Both the position numbers and the translations under genes were made by a program. From Ginglymostoma cirratum (lineage: Eukaryota): a stretch of 64,000 nt of DNA. The DNA lies in the NCBI GenBank assembly GCA_024137785.1, contig JAHRHZ010000024.1, forward strand, positions 31,315,572 through 31,379,571, given 5' to 3'. This document shows positions 11,645-24,739 of the stretch, one piece after another. The first letter of the stretch is position 1, and every line of letters starts with the position of its first letter. The notes under the pieces were generated by a model. It worked only from the letters and a program-made list of their open reading frames with translations, did no database searches and was not told the DNA's origin.

Positions 11645-13560
11645 TGGGCCGTTCAGCCCATCAAGCCTGTTATATCACATGTTGATATCATGGCTGATCC
11701 GATAATCCTCAACTCCACTTTTCTGACTTTTCGCCATAATTCTCGATTCCATTACTAATTAAAAATCTGTCTACCTCAGCCTTGATATACATAAAGACCC
11801 AGCCTCAACAGCTCTCTGCGGTAAATAATTCCACACATTCACTACCCACTTGGTCCTCACCTCTGTCTTAACTGTGACCCCTTATACTGAGATTATATCC
11901 TGTGGTCCTAGACTCTCCCAGAAGGGCAAACAACCTCAGCATCTGTCAACCTCCCTTAGTGTCTTATATGTTTTACTGAGGACGCCTCTCATTTGTTCTA
12001 GATTTCAACCCACTCAAAATCTTTTATCAAGACAGTCTCTCCATACCGGAGGTCAACCTGGTGAACCTTCTCTGGACAGTCTCCAATGCCACTATAATCT
12101 TTCCTTCAATGAGGAGACCAAAACCATTCACAGTATTTTATTTGTGACCTAACTAATATCTTGTATAGTTTTAGTAAGATCTCACTATTTTTACGCTCCA
12201 GTCCTTTGGGAATAAAGGCCAACATTCCATTTGGCTTGCCTGTTAAAATTGTACTTCACCTTGTAGGCATGATGACCCCAGATACCTCTGTGATGCAATC
12301 TTTCTCCATTTAATTGACATTCAGCTCCTCTATTCTTCCTGCCAAAGTACATGTTTCCACATCACATTCCATTTGCCAAGTTTTGACCATTCACTTAACC
12401 TACCTGGTTCCTTTTGGCTCAGTTGGCTGGATGGCTGGTTTGTGATGCTGAGTGATGTGAACGGTTAATTCCTGCACTAGCTGAGCTTACCATGAAGGAC
12501 ATTCCTTCTCGGCCTCGCCCTTCGTCTGAGGTACAGTAACCTTGGGTTAAACCACCACCAGTCATTTCTCTCTAATGAGAGAGCAGCCTTATGGTCTGGT
12601 AGGACATTAACGACTTTATCTTTTACCAATACGTACTGGTTTATGTTTCCTTTTTTTTTTGTATGCATGTGTTCTGTTGACAGTTTTCAAGTTGTCTGGG
12701 ATGTTTCCAGAATCTAAGGACTTGTGGAAAATTACAACAGCGCATCCAAAATCTCTGCAGCTACTTTTCTTCCCATTTATCCTAGGATACAACCCATCTG
12801 GTCCAAGGGATATATTGGCCTTGTTTATTTTTCTCCCTGTAGTGATAGTTATTTTCTTTCCCCATTCGCTTCTTGATTGATTATTGTTTTTGGAATGCTA
12901 TTGGTGCCTTCCGCTGTGAAGACTGATGTAAAATATTTAAACAACTCTTGTGCCATTTCTTGGTTCCCCAATATTTACCCATTCTCCCCAGCTTTGTTCC
13001 CTTAGAAGCTTATGTTCATTTTCACCTCCGTCTTCCTTTTAATATATTTTTAAAAAATTCTCTTGCAATTCATTTTAATATTATTTGCTACTTTGGCATC
13101 ATTGCTATTTTCTCCCCCTTTTCTTTTTGATAACTTTTTTGTTGGCTTTTAAAACTCCCAGTCACTAACTTTTTTGCCTTATTGAATTTTTTTTTGTTTT
13201 AATTTGATATTGTAGTAAACTTCCTTGACTAACCATGACTCATTTATCCCTTTTCTAGGATCCTCCTTGCTCACTGGAATGTATCTGGTTCCTGAACTAG
13301 TGAACTAGTTCCTGAAATGTCCGCCATTGTTAATGAGCTGTCTTCAGCTAAACCACTTTCCCAGTCCACTCCAGCCAGTTCTGGAGAGTCTGCCCCTGTC
13401 TCATTACAATTCCCCTTGTTTAAGTTTAGCACAGTTCTTCCGACTCAAATTTCTAACTCTCTAACTGAATGCTAAATTCTAACATGTTACGGTCACTGTT
13501 TTGTATGGTACCTTTTACTCTGAAATCATTTATTAATCCTGCCTCATTGCACATTAATTT
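11645..13560 (-). mobile_element. Decayed, internally deleted CR1 LINE
   Basis: CR1 3' UTR (cagcccatcaagcctg...catggctgatc) and ORF2 remnants (SDRNMLEFSIQLE). Confidence 0.75.
12405..12625 (+). mobile_element. tRNA-headed SINE, second family
   Basis: A-box TGGCTCAGTTGG; tail ctctctaatgagagagcagccttatggtc...gactttatcttt. A decayed inverted copy lies at ~34975-35170. Confidence 0.65.
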
Positions 13561-14249
13561 GCCCTTCCATGAATCATTTGGTTTGTTATGGAAGAGGGAA
13601 TTCTGGTTGCCTTGTTTTATAGTGATTATTTGGAAATAATGAATCAGATTAACTGTCACAGTGTTCCATTTTGGTACAAATTTAGTGTTATATTAGTAAA
13701 TGTACCTGCATTTAAATCTTTTGATGCGGACACTACTTGATTTTGGTTTCAGCTCTTCGAAGAACTGTGTTAAAGTTGTTTTGTAAATCAGTCCCATTTA
13801 ACTTCACATTCACCTAATGCTGTCCTTTTACATTATGGAAGTTCTTTCCAATAGTATATTCCCAGTTTTAAATGGGACGCAGTACTGTTCTTTTTGTCAT
13901 GCTAAAAGCAAATGAATCATCCATTTCATTTTGTAAATTGTGACAGAACCAGATATTCACCTCTCATGAGAAGCGAACTTGAATATCTCGATAGCTACTG
14001 ATTTCCAATGAGGTGCAGATTCCTCAAGGAAAACAACTGATGGGAGGAAACAGCAAGTAATGAGGGTGGCTAATTCATTCTAGATTGTTACCACTTTCTG
14101 GGCAGAAAATCAGAGCGCACCTATCTGAAACCAGAAGTCAGTGAATTGTTATGCCGGTGGTATGCATGGGACCTTAGATTAGTCACATAGTTTAGAGAGA
14201 ATATTGTTCACTGCATTTTACTATAGTTGTAAATAAAATTAATTTTTGT

Positions 14250-14367
14250 AATTTCCTACATTACAACAACGAATAGCCTTCAAAAAGGTACTTTTTGGCT
14301 GTAAAGCCATGAAACATCGGCTGCTCGCGAAAAGCAATATGTAAACGTGAATCGTTTTCTTTCTTTC
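14250..14367 (+). mobile_element. DeuSINE (SacSINE1/AmnSINE1-like) 3' tail fragment
   Basis: tttcctacattacaaca...cttcaaaaaggtactttttggctgtaaagc matches the inverted tail at 54540-54690. Confidence 0.6.
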
Positions 14368-15104
14368 TAAGAGACAGTCTGACAAAATTAGCAAGGATAC
14401 TTGCAACAAATGTCACAAATGAAACCTAAATTTCTCTTGAATAATTTCAAAATACATCTTCCAACATTGAACTCCAGAAGTAAACTTCTTTAACTTCAGA
14501 AGTAATATAAATGGTGTCATGCTCATCCACTTTGTGCACAAAGGCACAAGGCAATGAATAAGACCAGGTGTGATTAGTAATAGACCCTGAGTTTCCAAGG
14601 ATATTTAGGGCTGTAATAATAGAATGGAAAGATGGTGTTGAGGTAGAGGATCAGCTGTGATCCAGAATGGTGGAGCTGGTTTGATTGACCTACTTCTGCT
14701 CCTGTCTTTAGCAATTATCTTATGAATTTGGAAAGGACCCTCATAGAATAAACAATGTGTATCTTCCATTATTAAGTTATTCAACATTCAGTATGCATCC
14801 AGGGTGAAGATAACATGTAAAACTTGAAACTGCAATGTCAGAGATGTTTTGTTTCGCTCATTCTGGTCCTGCTGGAGTTATTGTGGCTGCTATTTCTAAA
14901 TGCCTTGATGACCTGTTGTACAATACTGACTCTAGGATACCAAGATGATGTGTCTTAGTTTCATGAGAAGTCAAATAAGCACTGTTCACAAAGTCATGAT
15001 GCCATTCCTTGGTTTTCTGCCTCTGTCTGCTACTTTCTCTTAATGTTGAGTAATGTACTATTTTCTTCAAGGTGTTGCTCACTGCAGCCAGGCATTTGCA
15101 GCCA

Positions 15105-15541
15105 GACTGAGTAGACTGGGATTATACTCATTGGAATTCAGAAGAATGAGGGGAGGTCTTATAGAAACATATAAGATTATGAAGGGAATAGATAAAGTGG
15201 AGGCAGGGAGGTTGTTTCCGCTAGCAGGTGAAACTAGGACTAGAGGGCATAGCCTCAAAATAAAGTGAAGCAGATGTAGTACTGAGGTCAGGAGGAACTA
15301 CTTCACCCAAAGGGTTGTGAATCTGTGGAATTCCCTGCCCAGTGAAGCAGTTGAAGCTACCTCACTGAATGTTTTTAAGGCAAGGCTAGATACATTTTTG
15401 AAAGGTAAAGGAATTAAGGGTTATGGTGAGTGGGCGGGTAAGTGGAGCTGAGTCTCAAAGATCAGTCATGATCTTATTAAATGGCAGGGCAGGCTTGAGG
15501 GGCCAGATGGCCTACTCCTGCTCCTAGTTCTTATGTTCTTA
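15105..15541 (+). mobile_element. CR1/HER1 LINE 3' end
   Basis: RLSRLGLYSLEFRRMRGGLIETYKIMKGIDKV...TRGHSLKIK; (ttcttatg)n tail. Confidence 0.92.
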
Positions 15542-16589
15542 TTTTGCAGCACCTGGGCAATAATTTTGCCATAAGTACAGTAACTACTGGATAAACTCAG
15601 CAGATCTGGCAGCATCATTGGAGAAAGAAACAGAGTTAATATTTTGAGTCCAATATGATGATTCTTCTTGAAGGTAGGCCAGCATTTATTGCCCACCTGT
15701 AAGGCTCCACTGGATTTGTGGTCATCATTAAACTCCTAATTCCTGATTTCTTTTTTACAGTAATCATTAGACTCTTATTTCCAGATTTCACCTTATTGAA
15801 TTCAAATGCTGCTATCTACCAAGATTCCCCAGAACATTACCAAGATCACTAGATTAATAGTCTAATATTAATGAATGCTAGGTCATCGCATGCCTAATTG
15901 AGGTTAATCAAAGAAATTGAATTGTAACTAATTTTTGCTAACTTGTAATGTAGTCAGGTGATTTCAGGTTTCTGCAGTGATATGATTATTTTTGTTTATC
16001 AAAAATCACCAGTTAGGCCTTGTTGTGCTGTACACTTTTGAAGTCTGCTTTATAATTTTGCAGGTTCAGTCATGCAATTTTTTTGTGGATCCTTTTTCAG
16101 GCCATGATCCGTTGTGAGCTCATCGGTTTGAATTTTAATTTTAGAAAACAACTGTATTGCTGACTAAATTGCTCATGAAGAACCCATTTATTGCAGTCTA
16201 TCCGCAACAAGCGTCCCATTGTCTAAGTACTGTACCAAAAAATTAAGGTGGCAAAGCTGCTTTTACAGTAATCCTCTGCCCAGTGAATCTGCCAAAGAAA
16301 GAATTTGCATCTTATGAACCAAATTAATTGAGACACCCTTGAGGCTTAATGCATTAACTAATCAAATATCCCATTGATTTATTGAGCTTTTCATATCTCT
16401 ACATGCTTTAGCTGTGAGGGTGAATATACCACCAGGCCTAACTTATTGGAAAAGATAATGAAAAGACCTGCCCACTGGCAATTGTGTCTCTCATCCCTGA
16501 TGCATTTATATGCTACCTGGATGTCAAGGGCAATTATTTTCCTATTGCCTCTTGAGTTCACCTATTTTGTCCATTTTTGGAACAGGGTT

Positions 16590-17210
16590 GTAACGTAGTC
16601 ATGAAGTTAGCAGCTTTGTGTAACCCAAACCGAGCAGGTTGTGGCTGTCTAAGTGCAGCTTGGTAGTGTTGTGTCATCACTTTTTATCACTTTACTGAGG
16701 CAGAGTAGACTGATGAGGTGGTAATTGGTGTGATTGGATTTGTCCTGCCGTTTTTGGATATGGTAATTTTCTGTATTGTCGACTGAATGCCAGTGTTGGG
16801 ACTGCACTGAATTGGCCAGGTTAGGGGCTCAGTTGGTTCTGGAACACAAGTCTTCAGCACCACTGATGACACTCTCAGCATTTGCTGCATCCAGTTTTGT
16901 CAGCTACTTCTTGATATCATGTAGAGCAAATTGAGTTGGCTGAAATCTGGCATCTCTGTTGGCAGAGACCAAATGGATCATTTACTTGACATTTCTGCCT
17001 GAAGATCACTACAACTACTTCAATCTTAACTTTTGCACTAATGAGCTAGGATCTGCCATCGTCGATGGGAGGGGCTTTGTTTTTATTTGATATGCATGTG
17101 GGACATGAGCATCACTGGCTGGGCCAGCATTTATTACTCATCCTTAGTTGCCATTCAGAAGGTGATGGTGAGCTGCCACCTTGAACTGCTGCAGTCCATG
17201 TACCCATGCA
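16590..17210 (-). mobile_element. Fragments of the SINE-headed LINE family (internal piece plus 3' tail)
   Basis: VVLKTCVPE in ORF 16687..16890 corresponds to 50900-50930. The inverted tail gtgggacatgagcatcactggctgggccagcattta is near 17100. Confidence 0.7.
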
Positions 17211-18360
17211 GCTCTCTCTCATTTTGTTAGATATTCAGTTGTCCACAATCATTCACTACCAACTGCAGAAGGCTGCATTCAGAGCTTTGCCATGTTCTCA
17301 GTGTTCTGGGATTGGTGATTTCTACCTGTAGAGTGCCACTTCTGCTGTTAAGCATGTAGTCCATGTGCAGAGAGGTCCCTTTTTCTCCCCCAGAAGTGGC
17401 AAATGAGCACAAATTGGATCTGGGGTTTGAACACTGAATATATTTTGATTTTCAACTGACTTAGTTAATATAATCTTTAAAAGAACAATGTATTTATCCA
17501 CATCCTAGCTAGTGCATGGTATTAGTTGGCTTATTTAAGTACAGTGTGATTTAACAAGATCCACGATTATTTCAATCAAAAATAATTTGATAGTATAATT
17601 CCACAATGAAAATTTGATCAGTTGATGGATCTTGATTAACGTAGAATGAGGAATGCCTTTCAAGCTTATCTTAGAAACTGTACAGCGTCAGCTTGGAAAG
17701 TCAACTATTTTTTGAAGGCAGTTCCTTTGCTCCAAAGCTTAACTGAGATTGATTTTTCCTCCTTTATTGCTTAACTTTTAGGAAGATTAATAATCTGCTG
17801 TTTTGAATACATCATTATTCATAGCGTGGTCTCTCTTATCTATTCGAAATGGAACCCAATATTTCACTTGTTAACTGCTCTCTGCCTATACAGTTTCGAC
17901 TGTTACACTGTTCGTTCATTTTGTTGTTTTAACCTGATGTAATTAAAAGCTCTTGTGATACTGTTGGTAATAGTGATACCAAATTAGGTACGAAACTGAG
18001 TTAAGCAATATTTGATTTTTTTCATATGGGATACTATATTCAAAACTATTAGGTGTACCTTGTGGAATTATGCCACATTTTAATGTTAACCACAACTTTT
18101 ATAAACATTTTAAGATTTTTGCCTTAATAGACATTTTTTACAGAACTTTGCTGTACTTTAAGTCATATTTGTATTAATTGTTAACTGCAATTCATGACCA
18201 ACTTTATGAATTGATAAGTAATATTATTGAGCTCAACCAAATATGAAGATAACTCAGTAATCCTCAATATTGACTATGTTCTAACAAGGATATTAGAGTC
18301 TATAGAGTGAAACCACATTGTAAGTGGACCGCTTAAACAAGAAAGTTCCTATGTTTAAGA

Positions 18361-18970
18361 GCCAAGATGGCCGTGGCAGAGTAAGCAGTGTTCAGGTTCC
18401 TGTGGCCTGGTTTGTCCTGCTCGTGTGCAATTTTCTTTTTTTCATTTTCCTTCTACCCCTCCTTTTCTACCTCAAACTTGCGTTATAAAGAGAGCACTTC
18501 AGCAGGAGGCAGCTTCAATGGGCTCTGAAACAGTGGTGGCGTTTTTAGAGACAGCGTGGCTACAGAGTCGGTCGGTCGGTTGACCTGTGATGCCTGGAGC
18601 GGGTCTCTAGTTTCTGTGTGGTGTTGGCCCCTGAACAGTGGTATGACGAGGAATGGGAAGCCTGGAGCAGGAAGCATGCTCGGTGGCATAGTGTGAGCTG
18701 GCGTAGCCCGGAACGGGACTCTTTCTGCGGCATGGTTTGGACGGGGAAACCTAGAGTGGGACACTGTCTGTGGCATGGCATGAGCTGGAAAGCGCAGAGC
18801 GGGTCTCTAGTGGTGGTATCCTGTAGCAGTGGAGAAGGAAATGTTGGACTGTCTTTAAGCTATCTTTGTTTATTTAATTCTGTGAATGCTGCTTGTGTAC
18901 AAGAATTGTACACACTTTTCACGGTATTTTGTATTGAATACATGTGACAATAAAGGATACTTAATTCAAT
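18361..18970 (+). mobile_element. GC/CpG-rich non-autonomous retroelement-like insertion
   Basis: Starts gccaagatggccg and ends cacttttcacggta...catgtgacaataaa. It is much more GC-rich than its flanks; related tails are near 32535-32592 and 9025. Confidence 0.55.
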
Positions 18971-19624
18971 AGCTCGCAAAACGAGTATTAAATAAAGATT
19001 TACATATTTTGGAAGTCATGTGATCCCACTGTATATAGTAATTTATAGTGTGTTGATTCATGTTAGAACAGGCTTTCACTGTATTGAGAGTGTGTGTAAC
19101 ATGGTTGGTGCTTAGTGTTTTGAGAGATTCTATAGAAACAGTCTTAACTATACCTATTCTTATATATCAAATTCACCAGTAATTTTTTGATTCACACATG
19201 GAACATGAGTTTCAGATTATTTCCCTTTTACTCCTGTATTAGTGACGTCACCATTGTTAATCCTGTTGTGTGTGTGCCATTGCATGCGAAGGAAATAGAA
19301 TATCACGAATAAACCATTCTAAATTCAGAACTACTGTCACCTTAAAGAGTGAAAGAAAGAAGAAAATTCCCATGGCAGGTAGCTGAATCTAAGTATAATT
19401 TTTATGCTTTTTAGATTTCCCAAGCCTGTCGCCTGAGTTCCTTTATTAGAGCTTTTGGATGTAGTTATGGTTTGTTCCCAAATCTGCAAAGAATTCCTTC
19501 ATTGTTTGTTAATTCTGGTATAATTGGTACAGTGGTGTGTACGTTGCACATTAGTAATATGGAATAATTGACAGTTGTACTGAGCCTAAACTAAAAGCAA
19601 TTTTTTTGAATGTGGAGTTGTACA

Positions 19625-19950
19625 TTATGTCAGTAGTGTATACGTTATGTTGGCAGTGCACCATCTACAGCATACACTGCAGGTCCACAGCACCTTCCAT
19701 TTGCAATCACTTCCATCTAGAAGAACAAGGGCAGCAGATGCATGGGAACACCACCACCTGCAAGTTCCCCTGCAAACAGCACACCATCCTCTCTTGGAAA
19801 TATATTGCTCATTTTTCACTGTTGTTGGATCAGAATCCAGAAGATCCCTTCCTAACATTATGGACATCCCTGCAGCAAATGGATTCAACAAATTCAAGGG
19901 TGTAATTAGGGATGGGCTGTAAGTGCTGGTCTAGCCAATGAAATGCACAC
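19625..19950 (+). mobile_element. 3' fragment of the SINE-headed LINE family
   Basis: ADAWEHHHLQVPLQ reading and the tail align with 51995-52340. Confidence 0.85.
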
Positions 19951-21197
19951 CAGTATTTCCCTTTTCTCTTTTGATGTGAATGATGGGTTAAGTGCCCACA
20001 TCTTTTTCTGTGCTGTAATTTAAAAGAATTTTGATAGGTTGAACCAAGATCGAACTAAATGCAAAGCCTCAACCTAAAACTGTAATTTCATGCATAATAA
20101 TCCCCAAATGGATGCACAGAGTTTAAAAAACACAGCTTCACTTTGGAACTGGTTGTACTGTACTTGTTACTGGAGTGCTTGATGGCTGAGTGCCAAAACT
20201 GAAAGAAATTACCTTTCCCGGTACTGTATTCCCTTTTCTTAATCACAAGTTCAAACACCTCCTTGTGTTTGAAAACAAAAACACAAGCTGGGAAAACTGA
20301 GTGCAGCATACGCCTGTGATCTGTGTCTGATCGCAGAGAACTGTAACATATTGTTGTTTTGACATCCCCATTTCTGTTATTTTGAAAATAAAACACAGGT
20401 AGAGTTTCTGTTTAAGATAAAATCATCAATTCTGGCCTATAATTGATACCACTTTGTGTTCCATCCCTACGCCTTTCTGAGTTTCTTTTCAACCATATTT
20501 ACATATCATTGAATATAAAATCAACCTTGAAGAAGTGCAGTTATGCAGTCTATTATAGTAAAGAAAACTATAACTTTAAAAATATATAAAGTACTCTGTA
20601 CAGTGAACAGTGGTTACTTTGTAAAAATAAAAGTTTGATTTAATGCAGGCAAAAATGCATTTGTCCCCAAAAATTTAAGCATTTTAGAGCACCATCAGTA
20701 ATCTGATTTTAAAATGACTGAAAATAAACTGTTTTAAAAAGAAATGCATATCAGTTTCTACTTAGATTGCGGTAAGGTATTCTGTTCTTTTAGTTTTTTT
20801 TTAAATTGTAAGGACACTCGGCCTTCCAAAATGTCTGTTCATGTCCGTGCATTAAAAACATCTAGTTTAATTTTTGGAGCTACCTTGAAGGCTTAAACAT
20901 AAGGGCAGTCTACGGAGATTCCCAGTGATAGTTCAGTTTACGGACACAGCCAGTTTTGAGGACAGTTTTATTTAAATGGCTATATTTTTAAAATTATCAG
21001 TAAAGGCTGCAGAAATTTGAGTCACACTGCGTGCACTTTTGCACTTAATATGATGCTGGGAAGGAAAAATGCAATGGAGCTGAAATTCCATGCTGCTTTT
21101 CTTTATAGCTGTATTTGTTTATGCAATTCAACTAATTATTTCTGAAAATGTTTCCTTGAACAAACTAAAACTATATAACAAACTATAAACAATGCTC

Positions 21198-21291
21198 CGA
21201 TAACAAGGTGTGGAGCTGGATGAACACAGCAGGCCAGGCTGCATCAGAGGAGCAGGAAAGCTGACGTTTCGGGTGCGGACCCCTCATCAGA
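21198..21291 (-). mobile_element. Penelope-like family A insertion with 11-bp TSD
   Basis: aaacaatgctc at 21187-21197 and 21292-21302. The minus strand reads CTGATGA-GGGGTCCGCACCC-GAAACGTC. Confidence 0.8.
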
Positions 21292-21449
21292 AAACAATGC
21301 TCAAACCTGTATTTCCTGTTCCATAGCAGACTATTACATTTGACTGTCCCAAAATGTAACTTTCAATTATCTAGAATTTCCTCTTAGATGAAAGAGATTT
21401 GAGGAAGTACCAAACAAAATCGTCTAGGTATTTTTAAGCAACTTAGTTG

Positions 21450-21542
21450 GATGTGTTATGGCACACCTACAAGAAAGGTGGGATTTGAACCCAGGCCTCC
21501 AGACCCAGAGGTAGAGACACTACTACAGTGTCAAAAGAGCCA
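21450..21542 (-). mobile_element. tRNA-like SINE head, third family
   Basis: The minus strand has B-box GGTTCAAATCCC. Related pieces are at ~26215-26290 and ~31085-31186. Confidence 0.6.
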
Positions 21543-22081
21543 GTATCAAATTGGTCTATGTTGACTTTGTTTACAATAGTTTGTTCAATGCCTTCTAACA
21601 CGTATGATTATGACCTATGAAACCAATGTTATTTCGTTTAAAAACAACAAATCAAAGTCAACAATTTCAATATTGTGCTTGTGTTTCTGTCTGTCTTTAA
21701 GGTTAAATTAGTAAATTACTGGATGTTTGTTCACAATGAGACCTTTAAAACATGGGAATAAGTAAAGAGAGCAGAAATGATGGACAGAATCATGTTAGTC
21801 TCAAAAAAAGCAAAGTGTGATGGGGCAAAAAAGGGGAGGGACTTCTGCTGGGGTGGGTTGGGTTTTCTCACACATTTATATTCTTCTCTAATCATCTTAC
21901 ATTCATGGGCAGGTAATCGTTAAAGTTAATGGTCAGGCAAGCAGCAGGTTCTCCTACTGCCGGGACTTTCCAAGCTCCAATTTCCTGTCACCTTATTTAA
22001 AGCACACCCGGATAGCATGTCTCTCTTTGCGAGCCAGGTGTGCTGTTCAATTCTGCTCTTCACCTCTATCCAACCCGAGAG

Positions 22082-22535
22082 ATGTCAGAGATTTGGGGGG
22101 AAAAGCAGTGCCGTAGTTCAGTGATGCCTTGCTAGAGAGTCTCCTAATGGCTGTCCAGGAAAGCTTTACTCTACTCCAGGGATAGAGAAGGGCAGCTACC
22201 CTGACTGGTGAAGGCAGCCTTAGCAGAGGTGATTGTGAGATCAGTGTCTGGGGGGCAGCTCAAAAAAACCTGAGATAACAAAGTGTAGAGCTGGCTGAAC
22301 ACAGCAGACCAAGCAGCATTAGAGGAACAGGACCCATTTCTGAGGAAGGGTCTAGACCTGAAATGTCAGCTTTCCTGCTCCTCTGATGCTGCTTTGCCTG
22401 CTGTGTTCATCCAGCTCTACACCTTGTTATCTCAGATTCTCCTGCATCTGCAGTTCCTACTATCTCAAAAGAACCTGGCTGCTTTGCTGCAAGGTGGGTG
22501 GTGAGGGGTGAATGACCTACTTTGTTCTGCCAGGG
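22082..22535 (+). pseudogene. Relic Myb/SANT-like DNA-binding ORF, probably from a PIF/Harbinger transposon
   Basis: Manual translation across stops, frameshifts and one insertion: AVP*FSDALLESLLMAV...LYSRD...P*LVKAALAEV...EISVWGQLKRTWLLCCK...VNDLLCSAR. Confidence 0.6.
22270..22466. mobile_element. Fold-back Penelope-like family A insertion
   Basis: Inverted arms 22270-22332 and ~22375-22434 surround a hammerhead-like core. The flanking duplication ctcaaaa(a/g)aacctg is at 22259-22272 and 22464-22477. Confidence 0.8.
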
Positions 22536-23421
22536 TGTATCACTGAATACTCAATGCTTCATGCCCTAATGAGTGTGAGTCAGCATTGCAAGGTTGTTAC
22601 GACGTAAAAGTGTCGCCGAAAAGACTGGGCCGTGTGCACATTTCCATCGGATCAGGGAAATATCAGTGTCTTGTCACATTATTGCAACTAGCAATGTAGC
22701 ACTCCTTGTACTACAGTGCTACTGACTATCACACATCAACCATGGTTTGCAGTTAAAACAGAAAACATTCAGCAGCTCATATATCATCAATTCACGGACC
22801 TTTCATCACAACTAGATGAACATGCACCACTAAACGCCTTTCACTAAATACTTACATGGGGCGACTACAGATCTCCAAAAGGTGGCTTTGGGATGAATAC
22901 TTCACAGGAATATCAGGCACCCATCTTTTAATGTTTTTAAACATTAGACCCCTCTCTGTATCTTACATTGCAGACAAAATTCAGAGGCACCCATGTTGAT
23001 GTCTCTTAATTGTTCAGTTCCTCTGGAGAAGACAACCAGGGGAAATGTGCATAGACAGATGTGTGAGGAAGTCTGACACAAGGCTTCTTACCCTCTTCAT
23101 GGAGCAAGCAACTGAACTCTGAACTCCCAGGAGAGGAAGGGAAAGGTGCCTGTGTCAAAGGGAACATTGGATATTTACAGCCTTGTAGTGAAGAAGTCTT
23201 CAAGCAGCTACTTCCAGGTGCACATCAAACACTAATGTCTTGATAAAATATTGAGTAAAGCTGGCAGCTCGCAACAATAATACATAATTATTTTCTTATA
23301 GAGCCTTCAGATTCTATTCCTAAACCAAGGCAAAAAACAGAAGAGCCCTGGCCTCAATGCCGTTCTCTACCAGCATCTGGAGCACACCTTTCAGGAGGCA
23401 CAGTTATGAATCACAAAGGAT

Positions 23422-23788
23422 GGGAGGTTGCAGCCTTGTGGTCATATCACTGGATAGTAATCCAGCTCCCCAGGCTCATATTTCTGGGAACTTGGGATGG
23501 AATCCCACCATGGGAAATGATGAAATTTGAATTCAGTAAAAATCTGGGCTTTAGAGAAAAGCTGGTCCAATGGCAACCCATGAATTGTTGCAAAGACCCA
23601 TCTAATTCACCAATGACCTTCAGGGGAGCAAAACTTTCCACCCTCACCTGGTTTGGCCTAGATGTAGACTAAACTAAAAGGTTGACTCTCAACTGTCTTC
23701 TAAAAAGGCCTAGGTCAGCTCAAAGGCAGTTAACATGGGCAAAATATACTGGCCTTGCTGGTGACACCCACATCCCATACAAGAATGA
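23422..23788 (+). mobile_element. tRNA-headed SINE family S, older full-length copy
   Basis: Collinear with 6676-7030, with ~20 nt extra before the tail. Confidence 0.8.
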
Positions 23789-24739
23789 GGAAAGTACAGT
23801 CAAGGTCTTCCTCCACACACGTCACTGGTGCAGAGATTTTCACCTTAGCAGGAAGTGTGTCTGGAGTGGTCTTGGGGTCACGTTCTGGTGAGCAAAGCAC
23901 TGATGGAGTGGATGTGGGGTTGGCGTCGGCAGAGCGTGTGGAGAAGAGCTTCCTGATAATTCCATTACAAACAGTGAACCTCCACACTAGCCCATTGGTC
24001 AATCAACAGAGATGTGTAGGCCTGCATGGGACAATCTGGTAGAAGTGCCAACAATCTCACATTAACTGGGTGAAAGGAAGAGACATTTGGTCTGATCTTA
24101 TTGCTCTGACATGAAAGCACCTGGCTTGATTTGTGGACAGGCTGGCGCTGCCATGGAGAGACAGGTCCTGCAGAGAAATCCATGTACAGAGACCTTTGCT
24201 CCACCTCTCAGGCCACAGATGAACTCATTTGCTATCTAGTAGAAAGACAGGGGCAGTCATGGCAGTTTAATTTCCTTTCGCTTACCCTGGCCCTTGCAGG
24301 AAGTAAGTATGTGCCATTGCACATTGACAGAGAGGAGGAATAATAGTGAGGTATCCAGGGATTGTCATCTCGGAACAGTCCAATGGCTCCCTGTTTGGGA
24401 AGGGACATTCGAGAAAGCAGTTGTGCAGTATGTAAGTGTTCTGACTGATTCCTGGATAATGAGTATATATCAATGTAGCCTGCAGTGACTGATAAGCAGG
24501 ATATTGGCGAAGTGAAGTTGCCTCCCATTCAGGAATCTGGCTGGATGAGGCCATGGTGCTCTGAGCACCATCTGGATATATTAGTCCATCCTTTGCACCT
24601 GAGAAAACGCGACATGGCCAGAACTCCAACCGCTCAGATACCCTATTTGTCCATTGTTCCTCCCTTCCTCCTCCTCTTAATTTTAGTGGTACTGCAGCTG
24701 GATCAAGTTGGTTAAACGTCTGGCAGGGAAGTACTGATA

